Shown in pieces: positions 27,901 through 38,324 of a stretch of 64,000 bases of DNA. The stretch covers positions 23,126,001-23,190,000 of the forward strand of contig OZ004607.1 in NCBI GenBank assembly GCA_963924565.1, read 5' to 3'. The translations under genes and the position numbers were made by a program. The notes under the pieces were generated by a model. That model made no database searches, was not told the origin of the DNA, and saw only the letters and a list, made by a program, of their open reading frames with translations. The number at the start of each line of letters is the position of its first letter. Position 1 is the first letter of the stretch. Source of the DNA: Ascidiella aspersa (taxonomy: Eukaryota).

Positions 27901-28671
27901 GCACATACCAACCTGTTTTAGAAATTGCGCAAATTTTACAAAGACAGCAATGTTTTTTTTCCTTTAAAAAACTAAACGCCCTTCTGATCGAACAACTTAT
28001 CGACCGTTCACCGGTACTATTGTTTACATTCGTCAGATCAGCGAAAGGCGACACGTCGCATATCAGTCGCAAAGGAAAAGTATAATTACCCGAGGCCGGA
28101 TCAATGTCGAATGTTAATCCGGTTATTACTAGTTGCCTGCCGTTTAACGACATTGAGACAGGGGCTAAATAAATGATTGCTGCGTGGGATTTTAATAGTG
28201 GCAATTACACAAACCACCGCGAATTATACAATTTTTTTGCGGATACGTGTTTATTATTGCGAGCCCGGCCATGGCCTAGTACAGACGTTGGAGTGTTTAT
28301 GACGTTGGCTACTTCTCTACAGGTTAAACAAATTCAAGTGGGCGTGTGGGCAACCGCTAATCGAACTAAAAAAAATTGAATTTGTTCTGAAACACGCATA
28401 AAAGTTACAGTTCCGGCTTTGTATGTTTCTCTTAAGGCTGGAATTGTGGGTTAGAAAGAAATTCATATAATGACAGTAAAAACTGCTAGCTTTCAGAAAT
28501 TGGATAATTTTTTAAAATTAGGGTGGCGCTTTAAGGCAATTTTGTTATAACAATGGTCTGATTGCAGGACGAATGATGCACGTGGCGCGAATCTGTTATT
28601 CGTTTACACATTTATGTTGAAAAGACGCTCAGCTGTAAGTACAGAAAGTTATTATTTCTCTTTTGTTACAG

Positions 28672-31600
28672 CATTCAGCACATAGGCGATCGCTTAGTTT
28701 TTTGAGTGACAGCAGTATCTCGTCGTCTAGCATCGCTTTGCCAAGTGATCCGACCCTTACCAACTACACACCGACATTAGAAGCACCCAAGAAGCAGCAT
28801 ACACGTAAGTTGAAATCAGGGACGTAAGTTACAGCAAAAATACTTGGTGTCAGACATTTTGACTTTATGCGCTTATTAGTATACCACAAGCTTAATGTGT
28901 TTTTTATTTGTTATTTAAACGATAAAATATTCATCTATGTACAAATACAGTTCGCAATTCAAGGTACTAAGCTTAACAAAAACCTTGCGCCGTTCACAGG
29001 GAAGTACAGCACGCGTTCGGTAAAGCATCGCAAAGCTGCGCATTTGGAAGGTGGAGTTTCCCAGAAAGTCAAGCAAAGAAACGCTTCGGGTCGCGTGAAG
29101 GCTAACAGTGTGTACAGCGAGTCTCCAAGTACGAATGAATATCAAAGGAAACAGCCAGCCGAGGTCACCAGCTACGACCATAGTAAACTAAATATTTCAA
29201 GGATGCGAAAATTCATGCATCATCACAGTCAGAAACCGGTCAGCTTGTGGTCAACCGAAGATGCCTGCGATTGGTTGAAGTCGACTCAGTTGGACGACGA
29301 CAACCAGTTATCAGAACAGTTTCGCAAATCTAGAGTCTGTGGAAGACACCTGGCGGATGCCGAAACCGCCTGGAATTGTCTCAACAGACTCAGCTTTCAA
29401 AACAGTCGACAAAGGCAAGACGTGGTCTTGAAGTTGGCCGAATATTTGCGAGAGTCGAAAACGGCCAACACACACCAGTCATCAAACAATCAGTTTGATT
29501 CAGACACCAAACATCCCAAATCAAGGCTCAGGCTCAGACCCCCGTCCTCCATAGGTTACCAAGATGCAACTGCGACTTCGTCAGACTACGTCAGCGGAAC
29601 TTCCTCATCGTCTTCCATTACAAATTCCACAGCTATTCCCGAAAATGAGCAAGGCAGCACATATGGTGACTTGTCCGCATCTTCTGTCAGTACATCATCC
29701 AGTAGAGTAAAGAAGACGTTAAGTACAATACGCCAAGCAATTTCAAAATCAAAAGCTTTGCCAATATCGCCAACAGAAACAGGCCTTCTTCATGACATAG
29801 TCATCCATTCCAATATCACATCACCAGGTACGAAATGTGCTTTATCATCTGTTTGATATACTGAATAATTTTACAGGGCCTAACCGTAACTTTAAATTTA
29901 GATTGTTTCGCTGCCACTCAACTAAAGATTACTGACACCACAACTACAAGTGAGCTTGTTCAACTTTTTGTGGATAGCTCTTCCATAAACGAAGATATTA
30001 ACTTGTTCGTAATAAACGACGTGTCCGTCCCCGATCCCGACGTAAAAGGTTGGTAAAAAAAAACAAACCAGTTTTTTAGTTTGATGCTGTTATTTCTGGT
30101 GAAGGCATTTTGTTGTTTATTTTTTTATAATTTTGTTAAGAAACGATAAATTCCAGGTTACCTTAAATCTCATTGTGAATTCATGTTTTAAATGTTTCAT
30201 GTGTAAACTTGCAGTCGAGAAGAAACACCGCAATAGAGGAGTGATGTCATCACGTCGAATGCTGGAGCCTGACGAATGTCCATTGGCTGTTTATAAATCA
30301 ATAACTACGTCGACAAGACGTAATGTCACTAGGAGACTGGAGCTCATACAAATGAAGGGTGTTATTATAAAGGTACGTCTATTTTTGCCTAATAACACCA
30401 AACGCGCGTTAGATAGGTTAAAAAAGCATGATAAAATTTGGTTGTAAATGAAACATATTAGGAAATATCAATAAGCTCGTATACGTCAATAGCTATTATT
30501 CTGACATTGACCGCGGTAACGTTTAATTGGTTTCCTGTTGGCGGTCGATTTGATATCGATCCGACGAAAACAAGTGCTGTCGTCGTTTAAGGTTTAAAGG
30601 CGAATTAGTTTAATTTCGTTGCCCACCCGACCGATTTCTGCCCATCGTTGGAAGCGTGCGTAGCCTGGGGGCTAGTGGCATTCGAAGTGGCTCGCTCGCG
30701 ACTGGACAGTCACGCGACAATGTTTGTCCACGCCTCGCACTCATGCCGTTGAACGATCTTAATCTCCGCCCAATAAAATAATTTATGTTTTACGGCGAAA
30801 ATCTAAGGTCACTCCGTTTTGACGAACGAATCGCTTTCTGAACAGGCAAAACCATCAGCTGCAGCTAAAAAGAAAGTATACTTTTAACAGACTTTCTTTT
30901 TTATATAAACTGTTGCTACCAGGCATGGTAATATAAATCAAAAACAGCTCCTCTGGTAATTGTAATTGTAATTGTTAACCAACATTTCGGCAACCTATAC
31001 AAGCCGCCTTCGTCAGGGTGAATGACACTGAACGCTCGTACAATAAATGGAAAGCAAAAAAAGGAAAAAAGCAGAAATAAACGCGAGCAACGAAACAATA
31101 AGAAAATAATTAGCGACTGCCTCTAGTTTATTTTTTATGTTATTAGGGTCGGCCTTAGGTTGGAGACACGATTTGTTAGTTGAAATCTCACCATACAGGG
31201 TTTTATATTATGCTCTTCGCATTTTCTAGGTGATTTGTCGCATTGGGAAGCACCGTCCACGCGGGAAGCAATTTCGCATTTCTACCCAATCATCTGTCGA
31301 TCACGTGATTCGATTGGCACTGCGCAAATTCCGTCTGCGCAATGTTGATTCGAGCTTGTTCGCCCTGTGCGACATATCCGTGTCAGGAGGTAAATAGCCA
31401 GGCGAATATCGTGCTGTTTGTCCTTGCCTATGATAGAAACTTAAGTGTATCAGTTTATCGTAATTTATTTTAAATGCCAGTAAACAATTCTGTCAGCTTA
31501 GTTTTTAAACTTTATCAATAAATATATAAATTAATACAAATATATGACAGATTTTTCCGAGTTTTCTGAATCGAGGTTGCCGCAGTGGAAAAATGGAGCA

Positions 31601-34600
31601 TCACTTTTGATGTGCGACAGGGCTACTCTCAAGCAGCTAAATTCTCAGTCCGGTATGGCCATCTTGCTTGGAAAATCGTTGTCCTTCTTTCACCATGTTA
31701 GATTATGCAACTTTTTTAGATCACGAAAATTTTTGTTTATTTGTTGTAGTAATTTTTTTATTGTCTTCTGTGTAATATTGTTTTCTTTTGCCTCAATTCT
31801 GCCTTTCTAAGAAGGGCAAACAAAAATATTCAATTCAAAACCGTGGTTAACTTTACGCCACTAATGCAAAGTGCCAACCAACCGATTTGAACCATGTTAT
31901 TTGATTTTCAGGTGCCGCCACAAACCAGATCCCTGATTTTAGACGATCTTGTTCGATGACGTCCAACCTGTCTGCGGTATGTTTTTTGTGACGTCATAGC
32001 ACGACTGGTTTAATCCGCAAATTACGAACCTAAAATGTAACATTGGTTTCCTTATTAGCTAATTCGAAACCTATTCAAAGAGTATGTTTTATTTGAAAAA
32101 CAATTAAATTGCATGTAAAGTAATTGTGTAAGTGCACTTGAGTTTTATCATTCAAAGGGTTATTTTTGTTGGTAGAGTTTTTTTAAAACGTGATAACTGG
32201 AGCGACCATGTCTGTCACTTTAAGTAGGGAATTTTTGACGTACACTTTGTGTTATTTTTCAGTAAAAATGCGGCAGTTTAAAACCCATTTCGTGCTGGGA
32301 ATTGTGTGTTGACTTTAACGGTTATGTGGAAAGAAACCACCGAAAATATGGAAATTCCCCCCAGTTAAAATGTAATATCTAATCGCGTTGGTGAATCAGA
32401 TCACTAAAAATATAGGTCGTGTGGAGCGTTGGAGCGATTTTATCTGTAATTTTGGGCAATTTTGTTTCACTAGTTTAGAGTTGTAGGCTACATTAAAGTT
32501 TAGTTAGTCCTTTTCCAGAAGATTAATATAGTATTTTATAGCGTCTACTGTAATAACTTGATTAATGATAAAGGCAATAATTTGTCAACGTTGTGATAAC
32601 ATTTTGTAAAACAGTGAAGTAATAAAATTCTAATTTTGACTAAAATGTAGTCTATTTTCGACAACAATTTTATAGTTTAAAAATACTTTTTCGAATTTGT
32701 TATACACATCTTTGTAACGCATTGTGGCATGAAGCGCTGCAGTAGTGCCCAGAATAGGCGCTGTCAGGCTCTGTTGTTTATTATGTTTGGTGTTTTGCTG
32801 ACAAGGGTATATACAAACTCTTAAAAATGTATTATGTAAATCTTAGTTTTTTTGATATATGTTGACATTTTTGCTTGAAAAATGTAGGCAAATTACTAGA
32901 AAAATGTTTTTTTTAAAAACGAACCAGTCGATGGAAATAACCCATAAAATTGCTCAATATACAATAGGGTAATGGACAACACAGATATCTACCATATTTT
33001 AAAATATGAAATGAGCTAATTGCAAACTACTAACAAAAAAGAAAAACTCTTCAATACATCTGTCTGAATTAGAGATCTGAAACAAAAAGCACTTTCTGAA
33101 ACAAAAGCCAACTATCAGCTTCAAACTTAGGACCGCGGAGTTTATTCTGTTAGGAAAATACAGTTAAAACTTGACGGATGTAATCCCAAATCAAATGGTA
33201 ATGAAATTTTAAACTCAACGACAATTTCATGAAGCTCACTATAGGTTTTCGTAATATTTCTTTCGTTTGACATATCATACCGTACTATTTTGAAACTCAT
33301 ATATATCCCTCGTTTAACAATAATAAAGGTAATTATAACAGTTTATGTCTGACACATGATTGTTAATCTTTTCAGTTTTCAGCACTTTATGAACAAATTT
33401 GGTTGCCCCTGGGATAAACTATAAACTAGTTAGCAACCATAACAACATATATGCGCTAAGAGAATTTTGTAAACAATTTTTAATTTTGCCAAAACTAACG
33501 CCCTATATGTAGATGACTCAACATCTACTACGACACATAACAAATTTCTATTAAAGTCGTTTCTTAAAGGCCCAATCTGAACATGTTCATATTCATTGCA
33601 CTATCTGAAGACAGTTTAATGCGAATTAAACTTATTTCGCAATTTAAATCGTATCTAGATTTTATAGAACAAATTGCTGAGGTATATTCCATTAAAGACC
33701 CCTCAAGTTACAAATAGACAGATAATTACAATGAGCAAAATATTTATTATAATAAATGCATGTTCAGGAGAGTCGTGGTTCGTCCGGATCCGACTCATGG
33801 ACTCCGTACAAACTCGACCAAACCGGTCGACTCACCGATGAGTTAATGGAGCAAGAACGCGAGTACCTTACACGGGTCCAAAACTCCATTAGTGATGACG
33901 TCATTGTTGACGACGTTTCCCCCCTTACAAACGATGACATCGGCAAGTCTGCTGAACTAACGCATTTCCACCAGCGAAGTGGGAGCTGCAACGCATCCGG
34001 AGCAGTCTCCATCGTGCGTAACTTTTTCTATTTTTTTTTTAAATTAAATTCTCTTTTTGTGTTTAGTTAAAATGGTGCGTCAAATTATTTTTGTTACGTA
34101 TAGTTTTAGGGTTTTTTTTGGTTTTTTATTATGTTTTCTAAAACTATGACGTAAAGTATTGTTTTTCAATCTTAGTCTTATGTTTTAAATTACCTCGGAT
34201 GTACACGGCAACGAGATTTTATTTTTCTCTATAGCAAGTTAGTTTTATAAAGAGCAACATCATGAGCTTTTTATACAACAAAAAAGTGATCTAATATTTT
34301 TTATAAAGGAGAAATTAACCGTTAAAAATGCAGGAACATCAAAAAGCAGAGGCCCTAACAGTCGACAACGCAGTTTTGCGATCCCAGCTACGCGAAAAAG
34401 TCGACCAGTTTGACGATATTCACCGCAAGGTGACGCAAGTGAGGAACATGCTGGAATCAGGTTTGCAGCGATATCACGATTCCGTCAATCAACAATCGGA
34501 AAACGCTAATGGAGGCTCACTTGCGCTTGAAGAGGAAATTAAGTTAGTCATATAATGTAAATTACCCCAACATTTGTTTTAGAAGAAATTTAATAAAACT

Positions 34601-36138
34601 AAAAACACTAATTAAGCTAACAAAATGAAGGTAACAACAAAGAAAAATCTCAGAAAACTATTTCTTTACTTTAGGTGCCGCTTAGTTGACCTTTGGACTT
34701 ATCTAGCTATAGTTCTACACCAAATCTGAAATCTGGCATATGTTTTATTACTAGGTCGACAGAAAAAATGATTAGTAGCACAGAAGACATGCTCGGTCAG
34801 CTATTCCGTCATCAGCGTCAACTATTGTCCAAACAAAAGGTTGAAAACTCGTCGCAAAGTGACAGTGACGAGCAAATAAATTATTCTGCGGGAAACTTGG
34901 ATTTGGAGGGAGTGGATAGCGCTTCTCTTGCTGATGTTGACTTGCAAATAGCTGTCCACCAGGCCGATTTGCTATCATTAAAGCACAAACACCAACTTCT
35001 AGATACGAAAGTATGACGAACTTAGAAACTACACATTCACCACGCAATCAACAATATAGTAAATGTCAACAACAAATATGAAATACACGAGGGTCAAATT
35101 TACGTTTTTTTGGTTGCAGATGTCCCTCTTTGTTGCCCAGCGGAAAGCTGAAAAATTTCGTCACATGATCCATAGCAGTCTGTACGACATAGTCTCTTCC
35201 AACAGCGGTGTCACTACTGTCCAATCCAATCAACCGCAAACCCAAATAAGGCCAGGTCAAGCTATAGTGGGATACACGATTCACTGTTGTGAAGTGTTCT
35301 CCAGTAATGCTGGATATGGCCTTGCACTCAAGGACGAACTTGAGACAACTCGCACCAGCGCAATGGTTCGCGGCACTATCATGGACTGTGAGCATCGACA
35401 AGGCGCCTTGCGCAAAGGTAAGTGTATGTTCACTAAAATCAGAAACTTATCAAACTCTCCTGTATTTGTGGCTGGACACATTGCAAATATATAACTATTA
35501 TTATTAAATGATATTTTTAAAGCAGTATTTTTTTATTTTAATGCACCTTTAATTACCTGTATAAAAATTGGTTCATCAACGCTTACATATTACTTTGCGA
35601 TTTTTCCCTTGTTTATATGCTTTGCCGTAAGTATGGTTATTTTTACAACGTAGGTGACCGACTACTCGAGATCAACGGCATAAACGTGCAATCAGTAGGA
35701 GCTGAACACGTTGCAAGGATCCTTAAAGGTACAACGACCGCTCGTATCGTCGTAATGCGGAAGCGGGACTCGACGGAATGCAACAGATGCCTACTGGATC
35801 TTCCAGCGAACAAATCGCAGCCTGCCAGCCCGAGCACGCGCTCCGAGGACACCGATGACGATGACGTCATCATGAAAGAGTTCGACGCCACGTCAAAGCC
35901 GGTCGTTGCCGGAAGTGAGGAGATGGCCGATTGGAGGGAAATGTCCGCGCTCAAGAGCGACCTGTCGATGCTCATGCGCGAACTTGAGCTGACGTCACGG
36001 GCCAAACGCGAACTTGAGCGTGATGTGGCGCGCAAACGCAACCGCGATGTGCTTCTGGAGAGCGAGAATGCTAGGTTAAGAGAGCAAATCATCCGTTTAC
36101 AGAAAGCTGTACGCACTGGGGAATCCGACTCTGCCTAA
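28672..36138 (+). CDS. Uncharacterised multidomain scaffold: SAM, two Ras-association (RA)-like domains, coiled coil, PDZ, coiled coil (~1030 aa; start codon unresolved)
   Basis: Phase-consistent GT-AG exons: 28672-28804, 29000-29827, 29902-30048, 30215-30372, 31230-31389, 31551-31652, 31912-31976, 33768-34013, 34334-34542, 34755-35010, 35120-35417, 35654-36138 (3087 nt, ends TAA). SAM: PVSLWSTEDACDWLKSTQL..LSEQFRKSRVCGRHL. RA1: LKITDTTTTSELVQLFV...RRMLEPDECPLAV. RA2: IIKVIC..KQFRISTQSSVDHVIRLALRKFRL..SSLFALCDI. PDZ: GYGLAL...GALRKGDRLLEINGINVQSVGAEHVARILKG..ARIVVMR. Confidence 0.88.
30950..31090 (-). mobile_element. Probable 3'-terminal fragment of a Penelope-like or non-autonomous retroelement
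   Basis: On the minus strand a T-rich leader precedes the hammerhead motif, followed by an (ACAATT)3 tandem tail. It sits in an intron, antisense to the host gene. Boundaries are approximate. Confidence 0.5.
30978..31019 (-). ncRNA. Minimal type I hammerhead ribozyme motif (Penelope/retrozyme type)
   Basis: Minus strand reads ACC-CUGACGA-A-GGCGGCUU-GUAU-AGGUUGCC-GAAA-UG-UU-GGU. It has the intact core CUGANGA/GAAA/UH, an 8-bp helix II, a short helix I, and helix III reduced to an A-UG-U loop. Confidence 0.7.
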
Positions 36139-37797
36139 AACTTGTTCCATGTTTATCATTTATAAATTTCATTTATTTATTAACCCTCTCTGGTGCATTA
36201 GCGTTTTGCGCAATTTGTAAAGCCCTTAAATTACAATCGTTTGTAAAGGATTTATTTGTTATCATCCCTTGTCCTGATAACATAGCCGTGCTTCGTTTAG
36301 CGTATTTTTGTTTTATTATTAATTGGTTTCGCCATTTGTTATTCTGGCTCGCCACTATATCTCATATAAATTTGACGGATGTCTTTTACATTTTAATATT
36401 TATAAGCATTTGAAATGTTTGTAGGATGCAACACTCAGACTTTGTTTTTTGCTGTTTGTTTTCAACCTATTAAGCCGAATATATTGATTTAAAGCGCATA
36501 TTTTGCGGTTGTGTTAAACAAAGCGTATTTCTTACGTCAATAACGTTAAGCAAACCATTTTATTTTAGTTAAATTAGCAAAAATTACTCCTAATTGCAAT
36601 GAAGATGTGGCTGAACAAAGGATGGAACAAGTGAATAGTTTAGGCCTACACCATTCTAAAAATACTTTGCAGGGTGTGTTTATTTTTTAAAATCTATTTC
36701 GTATTCAGCAACTTGAAGACAGACTTTGCTTTGTGATTTAAAACAGCAGTACATGTAGAATTAATAACTTTACAGCAACTTCGAATAGCTCTTACTAGGA
36801 CTGCAGGCCTACAAGAAATTCAAACAAAAAAACACTAAACAAAAATCTTGGTTAGTATAATAGCACAGCAGCATATGTAATTATACATTTAAAATCAACA
36901 GGATAATTAATTAATAGATTTTGTTAATGTTTTAAAGCACAGCAAAGTGCAAATTTATTCCCATTTAAGAAAATAAGATATATTACTGCTAGACATATGT
37001 GATAGTGTACACGGCGCCTTTGGAGTAAAAAAAAAAGGTACAAAAATGTTGATTTATTTAGCAAATTGGCAAGACATTAGTTAAAAGGAATAGCCTGATG
37101 TAATTGTTTCTAACAACACTGTACATTGAGTATAGTAAGTATTCCATTTTCAGGTCAGGGGAACTAAATACTAGAAATGAAAATCAAGACTCGTATCATT
37201 TTTTTGGGAGAGTCCTGCGCGCGTCCCTTTGCAACTCCTTGGTCCCCCTAGCGGCGCGCACCCAGCTTAAGAATCTCTGCTTTATATCAATAATAATTGC
37301 ACCGCTGGACATCTTTGTTGCATAGTGATTTCTTTGATATATTTAATTACTCTCCAAAGTCTATGTGTAACATTCAGATAATCCGATTATGTTGTTACTA
37401 TATTGAAAGTTGAATGAATGTGTAAACTTTAATGTTTGCTTAGCTGGCGGTTTAAATAAAAATACACGGGCTTTTTTTTTCAATGGCGTATCAATAAAGG
37501 CTGCGCCGTAATGGCTGCAGGGTGATTTTGGCGACAATATCCCAATATTTTCAGACCAGCCGATCGAAGTTTGGGGAGCCATCGGGTAAAAAGGAATACA
37601 AAAAACTTGATAATATATTTTTGATAAATCCAACCAGTATAGGTAAAATAATATCTGAAGCATCCTAAAATACAGCACAAGAATAGCCTGTGATACATAG
37701 AACAACTCGTTTTTTTTGGCTGCAATTCTACTGACGTAAATTAAGAGATTTCAATGGTTTAAATCTTTTTGACTGACGTTATTAAAAATTAACCATA

Positions 37798-37854
37798 TGA
37801 CTTGTATACAATAACATTCGCTGTTATTGTGACTTGTATACAATAAAATTCGCT
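37798..37854. repeat. Tandem duplication, period 32 bp
   Basis: tgacttgtatacaataa(c/a)attcgct at 37798 and 37830. Confidence 0.85.
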
Positions 37855-38324
37855 TAATCGATTGTTAGATTTTTATCTGCGTACAAACGAATTCTAAATG
37901 TTTTGCATTTTACGAAAATAATGTGTTAAATGTAAAACAAAATCGGTAGCGTCAGAGATCTCGTAAAAAAACCTATTGGATCGTCAATTAACTATTTGTT
38001 TTTCAATACCCTTTTTGGCGCTTCTTCTTCGTTCCAACTATTATTGCCATGTTTAGATTACATAAAAATAAATTCAAAACATATAATCGCTAAGCTTTCT
38101 GATTTTTAAAAAGTGAGTAAATTTACCACGGAAAACAATAATGCCCTGGTCAAAACGGATATTAGAACAACTACAATGTAGAGTTGTAGACTATTTAAAT
38201 AATAAGGAAATAAATTCAATTATAAAACCGGCAGGCGCCGGCGTAAAAGTGCCATAACATCGCACTACAATGTTTGCCAGCTTGAGAAAGAGAAGATTTT
38301 GTCTGGAGACACTGGACATTTTGG

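Noticed and set aside
28867-28999. ORF-track start MRLLVYHK... for the 329-aa ORF
   Set aside because: Intronic read-through; the phase-compatible acceptor is at 28999/29000.
35643-36116. 157-aa minus-strand ORF
   Set aside because: Antisense shadow of the GC-rich last exon of the scaffold gene.
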